Shown: positions 10,266 to 20,917 of the stretch, piece after piece
Numbering within the stretch: position 1 is the stretch's first letter
How the letters are laid out: each line of letters opens with the position of its first letter
From: Alphaproteobacteria bacterium
GTDB taxonomy: Bacteria > Pseudomonadota > Alphaproteobacteria > UBA828
DNA: 64,000 nucleotides
NCBI GenBank assembly: GCA_965214705.1
Contig: OZ243972.1
Location: 1,664,001-1,728,000, forward strand
Direction: 5' to 3'
Program-made: the position numbers and the translations under genes
Notes under the pieces: generated by a model
Database searches by the model: none
What the model was told of the DNA's origin: nothing
The model's input: only the letters and a program-made list of their open reading frames with translations

Positions 10266-10730
10266 TCAGTCCGAAGTTTCTTGGGCGCCGGCGCGCAGAA
10301 GGGTATCGATGTCGATGAACTCGTTCTCGATCATGAGCTTCACGTCGCGCTGCGCGACATGGCACTGGGTGCAGAAGTAGCGCTGTGGCGTGATCGCCGC
10401 GCGGAACTGGTTGTCGCGGTCCATGAAGTGGGTGATCGAGACCATCGGCGCGCCGCTTTCGCCGGTGCGGGCGCGGGCGTGGCATGACAGGCACCTGTTG
10501 GAGCGGAGGTCGATCCGGTAGCCCTCAATGTCGTGCGGGATGACCGGGGGCTGCTCGGGATAGTTCCGCACCTCGCGCCGATCGCTCTCGTGGAAGCCGG
10601 TCATGAGCGGGGCCTCGGATTCCGCCGTCAACGGCGTGCCGCCGCGCAGGGTCGCGATCGGATCGGCCGCCCAGACAGCGGGGGTCGACGCGAGCACCGC
10701 AATAGCGGCGAAGGCGAGAAGTCTTCTCAT
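10266..10730 (-). CDS. napB: Periplasmic nitrate reductase diheme subunit
   Basis: [25 protein letters not shown]. Confidence 0.95.
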   Translation of the reverse strand: MRRLLAFAAIAVLASTPAVWAADPIATLRGGTPLTAESEAPLMTGFHESDRREVRNYPEQPPVIPHDIEGYRIDLRSNRCLSCHARARTGESGAPMVSITHFMDRDNQFRAAITPQRYFCTQCHVAQRDVKLMIENEFIDIDTLLRAGAQETSD

Positions 10731-10743
10731 CTGTCCGCCTCCC

Positions 10744-13248
10744 CTACGCCGCTTCCAGGCGCACGGCGCACTTCTTGAAATCCGTCTGCTTGGAGATCGG
10801 ATCGGTCGCGTCCAGCGTCACCTTGTTGATGAGCTGGCTGGCATCGAACCAGGGGACGAAGACAAGGCCGCGCGGCATCTTGTTGCGGCCGCGCGTCTCG
10901 ACGCGCGTGCGGATCTCTCCCCGCCGGGAGATCACGCGCACCTCGGAGCCGCGCCTCAGGCCCAGCTCCCTCGCGTCGTCCGGGTGCATGAAGCAGACGG
11001 CGTCGGGGAAGGCGCGGTAGAGCTCCGGCACCCGTTCCGTCATCGAGCCGGAATGCCAGTGCTCCAGCACGCGGCCGGTGGTGAGCCAGAAGGGGTATTC
11101 GTCGTCGGGGCTTTCCGCTGCCGGCTCCCAGGGCAGCGCGAATATGCGCGCCTTGCCGTCCGGCTTGCCGTAGAACTCCACGCCGGCGCCGGGGGTGACG
11201 TATGGATCGTAGCCTTCCCGGTAGCGCCAGAGCGTCTCCTTGCCGTCGACCACGGGCCAGCGCAGCCCGCGACTCGCGTGGTAGCTTTCGAACTCGGCGA
11301 GGTCGTGAGCGTGGCCGCGGCCGAAAGCGGCGTATTCCTCGAACAGGCCCTTCTGCACGTAGAAGCCGAAGTACTGGGATTCGTGGTTGGCGTACTCGGC
11401 GCTGGTCTCCTCCAGGGGAAAGGCGTCGACCTGCCCGTTGCGGAACAGCACGTCGAAGAGCGACTTGCCGCGCAGCGCCGGCGCCTTGGCGATCAGCTCC
11501 TCGGGCCAGACGTCTTCCACCGTGAAGCGCCTGGAAAACTCCATCACCTGCCAGAGATCGGAGCGCGACTCGCCGGGCGCGGGGACCATCTCGTGCCAGA
11601 ACTGCATGCGCCGCTCGGCATTGCCGTAGCCGCCCTCCTTCTCCACCCACATCGCCGTCGGCAGGATCAGGTCCGCGGCCTCCGCCGTCACCGTGGGATA
11701 GGCTTCGGAGACGACGATGAAGTTGTCGGGGTGGCGGTAGCCGGGATGGGTCTCCTCATTCATGTTGGCCGCGGCTTGCAGGTTGTTGTTCACCTGAATC
11801 CAGTAAGCGTTGAGTTCACCGTCGCGGAGCTTGCGGTTCTGCAGCACGGCGTGGAAGCCGGGCTTGCCCGGGATCGTGCCCTCGGGGAGCTTCCAGATCT
11901 TCTCCGCGACTGCCCGGTGCTCCGGGTTCTTCACGACCAGGTCGGCAGGCAGCCGGTGCGCGAAGGTGCCGACCTCCCGCGCCGTGCCGCAGGCGGACGG
12001 TTGCCCGGTGAGCGAGAAGGGCGAGTTGCCGGGCTCGGCGATCTTCCCGGTCAGCAGGTGGAGGTTGTAGATCAGGTTGTTGCACCAGACCCCGCGCACG
12101 TGCTGGTTGACCCCCATGGTCCAGAACGAGGTCACCTTGACGTCCGGGTCCGCGTAGAGCGCGGAGAGGGCCTCCAGGCGGTTCTTCGGCACGCCCGAAA
12201 CCTCATGCGCGCGCTCGAGCGTGTAGTCGGCCACGAAGGCGGCATACTCCTCGAAGGACATGTCCTCAGAACCGCCCGCCTTGCCGGCATTGGCAGCCGC
12301 CTGCTCCAGGGGATGGTCCGGCCTGAGCCCGTAGCCGATATCGGTGTTGCCGCGCCGGAACATGGTGTGCCGCGAGACGAAGTCCTCGTTCACGGCGCCG
12401 CTCTGGATGATGCGGTTGGCGATGTAGTTGAGGATCGCCAGGTCGCTCTGCGGCTCGAACACCATCGGGATATCGGCGAGGTCGAAGCAGCGATGCTCGA
12501 AGGTCGACAACACCGCGACCTTCACATGCGGCGCGGAAAGCCGCCGGTCGGTCACCCGCGTCCACAGGATCGGGTGCATCTCGGCCATGTTGGAGCCCCA
12601 GAGCACGAAGGCGTCCGCATGCTCGAGGTCGTCGTAGCAGCCCATCGGCTCGTCCATGCCGAAGGTGCGGATGAAGCCCGCCACTGCGGACGCCATACAG
12701 TGACGCGCGTTGGGCTCGATGTTGTTCGAGCGGAACCCCGCCTTCATCAGCTTGGCGGCGGCGTAGCCTTCCCACACCGTCCACTGGCCGGAGCCGAACA
12801 TGCCCACCGCCGTCGGACCCTTGGCCTTGAGCACGGCCTTCCACTTCTCTGCCATGACGTCGAACGCCTGGTCCCAGGTGACCGGCGTGAACTCGCCCTC
12901 CTTGTGGAACTGCCCGTCCCTCATGCGCAGCAGAGGCGTCGTCAGACGGTCCTCTCCGTAGAAGATCTTGGAGAGGAAGTAGCCCTTGACGCAGTTGAGG
13001 CCGCGATTGACCGGGGAGAGCACGTCGCCATGGGTCGCCACCACCCGGCCGGCCTTGGTCGCGACCATCACCGAGCACCCTGTCCCGCAGAAGCGGCACG
13101 GCGCCTTCGACCACTTGAGCCCGGTGCGGTCGGCTTCGGTCACCAGGTTGGCGGCCTTGGCGGGGAGGGTAATCCCGGCCACCGCCGCGGCCACGCTGGC
13201 CGCCTTGGCCTTCAGAACGTCACGCCGGGTGAACTTTGCCTTCAGCAT
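10744..13248 (-). CDS. napA: Periplasmic nitrate reductase catalytic subunit
   Basis: Tat motif [38 protein letters not shown]. Confidence 0.97.
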   Translation of the reverse strand: MLKAKFTRRDVLKAKAASVAAAVAGITLPAKAANLVTEADRTGLKWSKAPCRFCGTGCSVMVATKAGRVVATHGDVLSPVNRGLNCVKGYFLSKIFYGEDRLTTPLLRMRDGQFHKEGEFTPVTWDQAFDVMAEKWKAVLKAKGPTAVGMFGSGQWTVWEGYAAAKLMKAGFRSNNIEPNARHCMASAVAGFIRTFGMDEPMGCYDDLEHADAFVLWGSNMAEMHPILWTRVTDRRLSAPHVKVAVLSTFEHRCFDLADIPMVFEPQSDLAILNYIANRIIQSGAVNEDFVSRHTMFRRGNTDIGYGLRPDHPLEQAAANAGKAGGSEDMSFEEYAAFVADYTLERAHEVSGVPKNRLEALSALYADPDVKVTSFWTMGVNQHVRGVWCNNLIYNLHLLTGKIAEPGNSPFSLTGQPSACGTAREVGTFAHRLPADLVVKNPEHRAVAEKIWKLPEGTIPGKPGFHAVLQNRKLRDGELNAYWIQVNNNLQAAANMNEETHPGYRHPDNFIVVSEAYPTVTAEAADLILPTAMWVEKEGGYGNAERRMQFWHEMVPAPGESRSDLWQVMEFSRRFTVEDVWPEELIAKAPALRGKSLFDVLFRNGQVDAFPLEETSAEYANHESQYFGFYVQKGLFEEYAAFGRGHAHDLAEFESYHASRGLRWPVVDGKETLWRYREGYDPYVTPGAGVEFYGKPDGKARIFALPWEPAAESPDDEYPFWLTTGRVLEHWHSGSMTERVPELYRAFPDAVCFMHPDDARELGLRRGSEVRVISRRGEIRTRVETRGRNKMPRGLVFVPWFDASQLINKVTLDATDPISKQTDFKKCAVRLEAA

Positions 13249-13552
13249 CGTGCGTATCCCCTTCGCTCCTCCGGCCAGGATCGGCGACACCTCGTGCCGG
13301 ATCGGAGTGGTGAAAGACGAGATTGACGCTGAGCACGCCGGGAAACGCGCCGATCCGGTCGACGATGCGGACCAGCTCCGCGTCGCTTGGCGTCTCGATC
13401 ACCACGACAATCTTGCCGGCGCCGGTGCTGGCGTGAACCTCGGTCCCCGGGAGAGAGGAGATCGCCTCCTCCAGCCGCCCGTGATCTTCCATGCGCGCCT
13501 GCACCAGAAGGCTGGAGATGGTGAGGCCGTCGGCTTCGCAGTTCGTGGACAC
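13220..13552 (-). CDS. napD: NapA chaperone
   Basis: ISSLLVQAR...GKIVVVIE...[10 protein letters not shown]; GTG start; position in operon. Confidence 0.85.
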   Translation of the reverse strand: MSTNCEADGLTISSLLVQARMEDHGRLEEAISSLPGTEVHASTGAGKIVVVIETPSDAELVRIVDRIGAFPGVLSVNLVFHHSDPARGVADPGRRSEGDTHDAEGKVHPA

Positions 13553-13568
13553 CCGCCTTCTTCCCTCG

Positions 13569-13847
13569 CTAGCCCAGTGCGATGGCGTCCGCCGGACAGG
13601 CCCGTACGCAGTCGCCGCATCCGGTGCACCGTCCTGTATCCACGAGGATTCGTGCGCTGCCCCCGAGGGTCGGCGTCGCGCGAAGGGCGGCCGCAGCGCA
13701 GGCATCGGCGCACGAGCGGCAATAGACGCCGCGCGCTGCCAGACAGCTCTCCGATATCGTGGGTGTGGATGCCCCGCTCGGGGCCCGGCGCGCGCCTCCA
13801 AGGAAGCCGCGTCGCGAAATCGACTGTGTGCCGGGCTCGCGCTGCAT
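13569..13847 (-). CDS. napF: Short NapF-like ferredoxin
   Basis: SRRGFL, CRSCADAC, CTGCGDCVRACP. Confidence 0.8.
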   Translation of the reverse strand: MQREPGTQSISRRGFLGGARRAPSGASTPTISESCLAARGVYCRSCADACAAAALRATPTLGGSARILVDTGRCTGCGDCVRACPADAIALG

Positions 13848-14041
13848 CAGACCGCCGGCCCCTGCGGCCCTCCGAGCAAATCGGCGATCCAGATTCCCAG
13901 CCCGAGGGCGCCCACGATCGCGATTGAGATCGCCGGCAGGAGAACGATCACCAGGAAGAGAAAGGACCGAAGCTCCCGCGCTCGCTCCAGCTTGATATCG
14001 TCAGTCCCGGGTTGATCCGACCCCACGTCACCTCCCAACAC
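13847..14041 (-). CDS. napE: NapE membrane protein
   Basis: ELRSFLFLVIVLLPAISIAIVG...GP. Confidence 0.8.
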   Translation of the reverse strand: MLGGDVGSDQPGTDDIKLERARELRSFLFLVIVLLPAISIAIVGALGLGIWIADLLGGPQGPAV

Positions 14042-14118
14042 GTTCTCTGCATGTCCAAGAGTTGAACGACTTCATCCTCTCGCTGTTGCGGATTGTAGAA
14101 TGAGGCGTGTGGTTCCCT

Positions 14119-14132
14119 TTGACATGCGTCAA
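14119..14132. promoter_or_regulatory. FNR/FixK-type box upstream of napE
   Basis: TTGAC-ATGC-GTCAA (consensus TTGAT-N4-ATCAA). Confidence 0.75.
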
Positions 14133-14447
14133 TGCCTGCCCCGGACAATCGGCGTCTCGCCGCTCCGGTGACTCGGGCGGACCCTGGCGTTACACCGCAC
14201 CCACAGCATCGCCTCCAAACGCTAGGTTCTTGTGCAGCGCCGCGCCGGCGGGACGCTCCACTGCCCTGCACGCTCGACGGAGACGAAGTGGGTGTGGGAG
14301 GTGACTGGTCGCACAGCCAGCCCGATAAAATGCGGCGAGGATCGTCGCGAGGCCATTGAGACTCTCCGCGCCATGCGTCGGGTTACGTGGAAAGCGCGCC
14401 TGAATGCTTGCGCCGCCATGACAGGGCCGTGCCGACACTCTCGGAGA

Positions 14448-14461
14448 TTGATCTGTCGCAA
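14448..14461. promoter_or_regulatory. FNR/FixK-like box upstream of usp
   Basis: TTGAT-CTGT-CGCAA. Confidence 0.55.
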
Positions 14462-14548
14462 ACCTGAAGGATCGAGAATTTCATAAAGTAAGTCAGATGG
14501 GGCACCGCTCTAAGATAATCGCCCATGACCCAGATCGGAGAGTGATCG

Positions 14549-14989
14549 ATGTTCAAGACGATTCTCGCAGCGTATGACGGCTCCGACCACGCCGATAAGG
14601 CGGTGACGATGGCGGGAGACCTGGCCGCGAAGTACGGTGCGACGCTCCATCTCGCCAGGGTGGTGGACCACAGCCATGCACCGAGAGAAGTAGCGGAATT
14701 CGCCGCCCAGGAGCATGTCGAGAGTCCCGATCGGGTCGAGGAACACGCCGTGGAAGAGCGCGAGTTCCAACCGCTCGCGGATCGACTGCACTCGGGCGAC
14801 TTGAACGTCGAGTGCGTCGTGCTGAGAGGTGAGCCGGCAAGCGCACTGATCGGATATGCGAACAACGTCGGCGCCGATCTCATCGTCATGGGGCGCCGCG
14901 GCCGCGGCCGCATGGAGGGTCTCGTCATCGGCAGCGTCTCCGCGAAGCTGACGAGCCACGCAAACTGCGCGGTGCTGACAATCAAGTAG
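14549..14989 (+). CDS. Universal stress protein
   Basis: MFKTILAAYDGS...ADLIVMGRRG...IGSVS. Confidence 0.92.
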   Translation: MFKTILAAYDGSDHADKAVTMAGDLAAKYGATLHLARVVDHSHAPREVAEFAAQEHVESPDRVEEHAVEEREFQPLADRLHSGDLNVECVVLRGEPASALIGYANNVGADLIVMGRRGRGRMEGLVIGSVSAKLTSHANCAVLTIK

Positions 14990-14999
14990 GAAGGGCCGC

Positions 15000-15331
15000 G
15001 TGACGGATTGGACGGCCGCTCGCGAGCGACAGGAGCGCCGGCGCTCGGAACTGCGCGAATCGCTCGCGCACTATCGGCGCGATCTGCGGACCGCCCGCAG
15101 CGCCGACTGGGAGTAGCGGGCGGTCGAAGCCCAGGGCGATGAGGTCCTCTAAGGTCTGGAACGTCTGCACTGCGCGAGATCGAACAAATCGATGCTGCCA
15201 TCAAGAGAATCGAGCTCGGGACTTGCGGCGAATGCCGGGTCTGAGGTGAGCCCATCGGCAGGCGGCGGCTCGACGCTCTGCCCTATGCCGTAAGCTGCAT
15301 CCGGTGCGCCGGCTCCGCCGCCCGCGGTTGA
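15000..15331 (+). pseudogene. DksA/TraR C4 zinc-finger pseudogene
   Basis: EIEQIDAAIKRIELGTCGECRV*GEPIGRRRLDALPYAVSCIRCA, with further stops (DWE*RA, DEVL*G) and frameshifts upstream. Confidence 0.8.
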
Positions 15332-15478
15332 GCACGAAGCTCGATAGCGCACGTCTTCAGTCCGGGCGGATTGCCACAAGGCGATGAGCGGCTTGCAACG
15401 AGGGCCGTGGAGCTATGCACCGGCGCGGCTGGAGGGGTCGCCGGTCACGACTAGCCATCGCATGGCGGCTCGGCGCTC

Positions 15479-15492
15479 TTGATCGAGGTCAA
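15479..15492. promoter_or_regulatory. FNR/FixK box upstream of ccoN
   Basis: TTGAT-CGAG-GTCAA. Confidence 0.8.
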
Positions 15493-15684
15493 CCATCCGA
15501 ACGTTCGATCGGGTAAGAACTTACGCACTGACTGAGATGCCGCCGTGCCCAGGCTTGTCGTGTACTAACGGCACGCGGGTCAAATCCCGATGGAGACGGG
15601 ATCGAGCTTTGGCTAGCATTGACTGGAGTCGGATCGAGACCGCTCGGTTATCAGGTTCCGATCGGCGGACGTGCAGGGGGTAGC

Positions 15685-17151
15685 GTGGCAGACACCGACG
15701 CCATTGCCGGCGAGCGCTACAACGAGACGGTGGTGCGGTGCTGCACCGTCGCCACGGTGTTCTGGGGCGTGGTCGGCTTCCTGGTCGGCCTCTATATCGC
15801 GCTGGAGCTCGCCTTCCCCGTCCTCAACTTCGACCTGCCGTGGCTGAGCTTCGGGCGCCTGCGCCCGGTGCACACGTCTGCGGTGATCTTCGCCTTCGGC
15901 GGCAACGCGCTGCTGGCGACGTCGTTCTACGTGGTCCAGCGCACTTGCCGGGCGCGCCTCTGGGGCGGGCCGCTCGCGATGTTCGTCTTCGTCGGCTACC
16001 AGATCTTCATCTGCCTCGCCGCCAGCGGCTACCTGCTGGGCTACACGCAGAGCAAGGAATACGCCGAGCCCGAGTGGTACACGGACGCCTGGCTCACGCT
16101 GGTCTGGGTGGTCTACCTCGCGGTCTTCCTGGGCACGCTGATCAAGCGCAAGGAGCCGCACATCTACGTCGCGAACTGGTTCTTCCTCGCCTTCATCGTG
16201 ACCGTCGCGATGCTGCATATCGTGAACGGGCTGAGCTGGCCGGTCTCCTTCCTCGGCACCAAGAGCTACTCGATGTTCGCCGGCGTGCAGGATGCGCTGA
16301 CCCAGTGGTGGTACGGCCACAATGCCGTGGGCTTCTTCCTGACTGCAGGCTTCCTCGGCATGATGTACTACTTCGTGCCGAAGCGCGCCGAGCGGCCTGT
16401 CTATTCGTACCGGCTCTCGATCGTCCACTTCTGGTCGCTGATCTTCCTCTACATCTGGGCGGGACCGCACCACCTGCACTACTCGGCGCTGCCGGACTGG
16501 GCGCAGACGCTGGGCATGACCTTCTCGGTCATGCTCTGGATGCCGTCCTGGGGCGGGATGATCAACGGCATCATGACGCTCTCCGGTGCCTGGCATAAGC
16601 TCCGCACCGACCCGGTGCTGCGCATGATGGTCACGGCCGTCGCGTTCTACGGCATGAGCACCTTCGAGGGGCCGCTCATGTCGATCAAGGCGGTCAATGC
16701 GCTCAGCCACTATACCGACTGGACCGTCGGCCACGTGCATTCCGGCGCGCTCGGCTGGGTCGCCTTCATCACCTTCGGCGCGGTCTACATGCTGGTGCCG
16801 GCGCTCTGGAACCGGCCGCGCCTCTACTCGATGAAGCTCGTCAGCGTGCACTTCTGGATCGCCACCATCGGGATCGTCTTCTACATCTCCGCGATGTGGG
16901 TCTCCGGCATCATGCAGGGGCTGATGTGGCGCGCCTACGACAGCCTGGGCTTCCTGCAGTACTCCTTCGCCGAGACCGTGGACGCGATGCACCCCTTCTA
17001 CGTGATCCGTGCGCTGGGCGGGCTGCTCTTCGTGATCGGCGCGCTGGTCATGGTCTACAACCTCTGGCGGACCACGCGCGGCGACATCCGCGCGAGCGAG
17101 CCCCTCGAAGCGCCGCGTCCCGCCCCTGTCGCCGCCGGCGCGCCGGCGTGA
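15685..17151 (+). CDS. ccoN: cbb3-type cytochrome c oxidase subunit I
   Basis: [34 protein letters not shown]. Confidence 0.97.
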   Translation: MADTDAIAGERYNETVVRCCTVATVFWGVVGFLVGLYIALELAFPVLNFDLPWLSFGRLRPVHTSAVIFAFGGNALLATSFYVVQRTCRARLWGGPLAMFVFVGYQIFICLAASGYLLGYTQSKEYAEPEWYTDAWLTLVWVVYLAVFLGTLIKRKEPHIYVANWFFLAFIVTVAMLHIVNGLSWPVSFLGTKSYSMFAGVQDALTQWWYGHNAVGFFLTAGFLGMMYYFVPKRAERPVYSYRLSIVHFWSLIFLYIWAGPHHLHYSALPDWAQTLGMTFSVMLWMPSWGGMINGIMTLSGAWHKLRTDPVLRMMVTAVAFYGMSTFEGPLMSIKAVNALSHYTDWTVGHVHSGALGWVAFITFGAVYMLVPALWNRPRLYSMKLVSVHFWIATIGIVFYISAMWVSGIMQGLMWRAYDSLGFLQYSFAETVDAMHPFYVIRALGGLLFVIGALVMVYNLWRTTRGDIRASEPLEAPRPAPVAAGAPA

Positions 17152-17161
17152 GGGGGCGGCG

Positions 17162-17908
17162 ATGAGCCTGCATCGGGTCATCGAGCGCCACTCCTTCCTC
17201 ATGCTCGTGCTGATCCTCGTCACGGTCGCCATCGGGGGGATCGTGGAGATCGTGCCGCTGTTCACGCTTGAGAGCACGGTGCCCAAGGTGAAGGGGGTGC
17301 GCCCCTACTCGCCGCTGGAGCTCGCGGGCCGCAACATCTACGTGCGCGAGGGCTGCTACGTCTGCCACAGCCAGATGATCAGGCCCTTCCGCGACGAGGT
17401 GGAGCGCTACGGCCACTACTCGCTCGCGGCGGAGAGCATGTACGACCATCCGTTCCAGTGGGGATCGAAGCGGACCGGCCCCGATCTCGCGCGCGTCGGC
17501 GGGCGGTACTCCAACGACTGGCACGTCGCGCATTTTCTGGATCCGCGCGCCGTCGTGCCGGAATCGGTCATGCCGGGTTACGGCTATCTCGCGGAGTGGG
17601 AGCTCGGCTACGACGACATCGCCGCGCATCTGGAGACCAACCGCAACGTCGGCGTGCCCTACACCGACGAGATGATCGCGACTGCGGCCGACGACCTCGC
17701 CGCCCAGGCCGATCCCGACGGAGACCACGACGACCTTCTCGAACGCTACCCGAAGGCGGTCGTGGGCGACTTCGACGGCGACCCCGACTTCCTGAGCGAG
17801 ATGGACGCGATCATCGCCTATCTGCAGATGCTCGGCACGCTGGTGGACTTCACCAGCTACCGGCCCGAGTATCTGGACGCGGCGGCCGAGCCGGAGCCGA
17901 ACGAATGA
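17162..17908 (+). CDS. ccoO: cbb3 oxidase subunit II
   Basis: [29 protein letters not shown]. Confidence 0.97.
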   Translation: MSLHRVIERHSFLMLVLILVTVAIGGIVEIVPLFTLESTVPKVKGVRPYSPLELAGRNIYVREGCYVCHSQMIRPFRDEVERYGHYSLAAESMYDHPFQWGSKRTGPDLARVGGRYSNDWHVAHFLDPRAVVPESVMPGYGYLAEWELGYDDIAAHLETNRNVGVPYTDEMIATAADDLAAQADPDGDHDDLLERYPKAVVGDFDGDPDFLSEMDAIIAYLQMLGTLVDFTSYRPEYLDAAAEPEPNE

Positions 17909-18057
17909 TCGAGGCCCTGCAGGCTTGGTGGTCGGTCGTCTTGCTGGTGGTTTTTCTGGCCATCATCGGCTGGGTCTTCTGGCCGCGGCACAAGAAGCGG
18001 CTGGAGAATCACGGCACGATCCCGCTGCGCGATGGCGCTCCGCCGGAGGAGCGCTGA
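17905..18057 (+). CDS. ccoQ: cbb3 oxidase subunit IV
   Basis: 50 aa [27 protein letters not shown]...IPL; ATGA overlap with ccoO. Confidence 0.85.
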   Translation: MIEALQAWWSVVLLVVFLAIIGWVFWPRHKKRLENHGTIPLRDGAPPEER

Positions 18058-18060
18058 GCC

Positions 18061-18930
18061 GTGGCGGACGAGCGCGAGAGGGACGAGGTCACCGGGATCG
18101 AGACCACCGGCCACGAGTGGGACGGGATCAAGGAGCTCAACAACCCGCTGCCCCGCTGGTGGCTCTACATCCTCTACGCGACCATCGTCTTCGCGCTGAT
18201 CTGGTGGGTACTGTTCCCCGCCTGGCCCACGGTCGAGACCTATTCCAAGGGCGTGCTCGGCTGGTCGCGCCACCAGCAGTTCGACGAAGAGGTAGCGACG
18301 GCCCGCGCCCGGCAGGCGACCTACCTCAACCGCATCGCCGAGCTGGAGGTCGGCGAGATCGCAGAGACTCCGGAACTCAGGGCCTTCGCGATGGCGGGCG
18401 GGCGCTCGGCCTTCGCCGTCAACTGCTCGCAGTGCCACGGCAGCGGCGCCGCCGGCGCGCCCGGATACCCCAATCTCAACGACGACGACTGGCTCTGGGG
18501 CGGCGAGCTGGAGGCGATCGAAGAGACCATCCGCTACGGCATCCGCTCGGACCATGACGACGCCCGCTTCAACGACATGCCGGCCTTCCTCGTAGACGAG
18601 TGGCTGAGCGAGGAGCAGATCGACGACGTCGCCGAGTACGTCCTGGCTTACACGGAGCGCTCGGGCGATGCCGAGGCGGCCGCGCGCGGTGCGCTTATCT
18701 TCGAGGAGGAATGCTCCCTCTGCCACGGCGAGGAGGGCGGTGGCGATTACGACATGGGCGGGCCCAGGCTGAACGACCACATCTGGCTCTACGGCGGCGA
18801 GAAGGAGGACATCGTGCGCATGGTCTCGTACTCGCGGGGCGGCGTGATGCCGGCCTGGGAGGGCCGCCTCGATGACACCGTGATCAAGCAGCTCGCCGTC
18901 TTCGTGCATGGCCTCGGCGGCGGGGAGTGA
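18061..18930 (+). CDS. ccoP: cbb3 oxidase subunit III
   Basis: TTGHEWDGIKELNNPLPRWW, two CxxCH. Confidence 0.97.
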   Translation: MADERERDEVTGIETTGHEWDGIKELNNPLPRWWLYILYATIVFALIWWVLFPAWPTVETYSKGVLGWSRHQQFDEEVATARARQATYLNRIAELEVGEIAETPELRAFAMAGGRSAFAVNCSQCHGSGAAGAPGYPNLNDDDWLWGGELEAIEETIRYGIRSDHDDARFNDMPAFLVDEWLSEEQIDDVAEYVLAYTERSGDAEAAARGALIFEEECSLCHGEEGGGDYDMGGPRLNDHIWLYGGEKEDIVRMVSYSRGGVMPAWEGRLDDTVIKQLAVFVHGLGGGE

Positions 18931-18947
18931 GGCCCGGCGGAGCCGCC

Positions 18948-20426
18948 ATGGCTTCCAGCAACCAGGCGCAGATGAGCGCCGTCCCCGTCGAGGATGTTGC
19001 GGCCGTCAACGCGCGTAAGAACCGTCCGCTCTACAAGAAGAGAGAGCGGATCTATCCGCGCATCCCGCGCGGGCGCTACCGCACCGTGAAGTGGATCGCC
19101 ATGGGGGTCACGCTCGCGATCTACTACCTCCTGCCGTGGGTTCGCTGGGAGCGTAGCGCTGGCGCGCCGGACCAGGCGGTGCTGGTCGATATCCCGGCGC
19201 GGAAGTTCTACTTCTTCGCCATCGAGATATGGCCGCAGGAGATCTACTACTGGGCCGGCCTGCTCATTCTCGCGGCGCTCGGGCTCTTTCTCGTCTCGAG
19301 CCTGCTGGGGCGGGTGTGGTGCGGCTACGCCTGCCCGCAGACCGTGTGGACCGACCTCTTCATCCACGTCGAGCGCTGGATCGAGGGCGACCGCAACGCG
19401 CGCATGCGCCTCGACAAGGCGCCCTGGCGGGCGGCGAAGATCGCCCGCAAGGCGGCGAAGCACCTCGTCTGGATCGCCATCGGCGTCGCGACCGGCGGCG
19501 CCTGGGTCTTCTATTTCGCCGACGCGCCCACGCTCTTCTCGCAGCTTCTCAGCTTCGAGGCGCCGATCTCGGCCTATGCCACCATGGCCTTCCTGACGGC
19601 GACGACCTACCTCTTCGCCGGCCACGCGCGCGAGCAGATCTGTACCTACGTCTGCCCCTACGCCCGCTTCCAGGCGGCCATGTTCGACGAGAACACCATG
19701 ATGGTGAGCTACGACACCGCGCGCGGCGAGCCGCGCGGCAAGCACAAGGCGGGCCAGTCGTGGGAGGGCCGGGGCGACTGCGTCGATTGCAAGCTCTGCA
19801 TCGCCGTCTGCCCGGCCGGCATCGACATCCGCGACGGCCAGCAGATGGAGTGCATCAACTGCGCGCTCTGCATCGATGCGTGCAACGGCGTGATGCCCAG
19901 GGTGGGGCGGCCGCGCGGGCTGATCCGCTACGATACCCTGCGCAACCTGGAGGCGCGGGCCGCAGGCGAGGCCGCGCGGGTGCGCCTCTTCCGGCCGCGC
20001 ACGGTCGTCTACGCGGTTTTGCTGGTCGGTGCCGCGGTGTTGATGATGGGCACGCTCTTCACCCGCGCCGACCTCGACGTGGCGGTGCAGCGCGACCGCA
20101 ATCCGTTGTTCGTGCAGCTCTCGGACGGCAGCATCCGGAACGGCTACACTCTCAAGGTCTCCAACAAGTCGCACGATAGTCGCGTGCTAACGCTCTCGCT
20201 TTCCGGCATCGCGGGCGCCCTCATCGACATGCCGGTCGAAGGCGTGGAGGCCGCGGCCCAGGCGCCTCTGACGGTGGCGCCGGACTCGCTCGGCACTTTC
20301 CGCGTCTTCGTTCGTGCGCCGCGCATGGCGCTGGACGGCAGCTCGACCGACCTGGCGTTTTCGGTGGTAGACGAGGGCTCGAAGGCGGCAGTCTACGACA
20401 CGGTGTTCAGGGGGCCGGAGCCGTGA
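18948..20426 (+). CDS. ccoG: cbb3 accessory ferredoxin
   Basis: GRVWCGYACPQTVWTD, CVDCKLCIAVCP, CINCALCIDAC. Confidence 0.95.
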   Translation: MASSNQAQMSAVPVEDVAAVNARKNRPLYKKRERIYPRIPRGRYRTVKWIAMGVTLAIYYLLPWVRWERSAGAPDQAVLVDIPARKFYFFAIEIWPQEIYYWAGLLILAALGLFLVSSLLGRVWCGYACPQTVWTDLFIHVERWIEGDRNARMRLDKAPWRAAKIARKAAKHLVWIAIGVATGGAWVFYFADAPTLFSQLLSFEAPISAYATMAFLTATTYLFAGHAREQICTYVCPYARFQAAMFDENTMMVSYDTARGEPRGKHKAGQSWEGRGDCVDCKLCIAVCPAGIDIRDGQQMECINCALCIDACNGVMPRVGRPRGLIRYDTLRNLEARAAGEAARVRLFRPRTVVYAVLLVGAAVLMMGTLFTRADLDVAVQRDRNPLFVQLSDGSIRNGYTLKVSNKSHDSRVLTLSLSGIAGALIDMPVEGVEAAAQAPLTVAPDSLGTFRVFVRAPRMALDGSSTDLAFSVVDEGSKAAVYDTVFRGPEP

Positions 20427-20917
20427 CTGCACAGGAACGGGCGGAGCCCGCCAAGAATTGGTGGCAGTCGGGACGCTGGATTCCGTGGACCTTCGTCGGC
20501 GGATTCGGCGTGGTCTTCGGCGCCAACGTCGCGCTGATCCTATTCTCGCTGGGCAGCTGGACCGGGCTGGAGACCACGGACGCCTATCGCAAGGGGCTGG
20601 CCTACAACGACGTCCTCGCCGCGGCGGAGGCGCAGGCGGCGCGTGGGTGGTCAGCCCAGATTGTCTACGGTGACGGACGCCTGGAGGTCCGCCTGAGCGA
20701 CGCGGACGGGCGCGGGCTGGAGGGGCTTGCCGTGACGGCAACCTTCGTGCGGCCCACGCATGAGGGCGACGATGTCACAGTTCTGCTGGCGGCCGAGGGC
20801 GCCGGGCGCTACGGCGTCCCGGTCGCACTGCCCAACGCCGGCAACTGGGATGTGAGGCTGAGGGCCGAGGGCATCGGCAAGCCGTGGTTCGCCAGCCAGC
20901 GGATATGGGTCCGCTGA
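20423..20917 (+). CDS. ccoH: FixH family protein
   Basis: WIPWTFVGGF...AYRKGLAYN...RPTH. Confidence 0.85.
   Translation: MTAQERAEPAKNWWQSGRWIPWTFVGGFGVVFGANVALILFSLGSWTGLETTDAYRKGLAYNDVLAAAEAQAARGWSAQIVYGDGRLEVRLSDADGRGLEGLAVTATFVRPTHEGDDVTVLLAAEGAGRYGVPVALPNAGNWDVRLRAEGIGKPWFASQRIWVR

Noticed and set aside
10603-13326. 907-aa + strand ORF and similar long antisense ORFs (15613..17286, 38459..40018, 47957..49771, 52952..54625, 58365..60032)
   Set aside because: Antisense shadows of real GC-rich genes with no motifs
15242-15244. TGA at a Cys position of the DksA zinc finger (possible selenocysteine)
   Set aside because: The same gene has TAG and TAA stops and frameshifts upstream, so ordinary decay explains it
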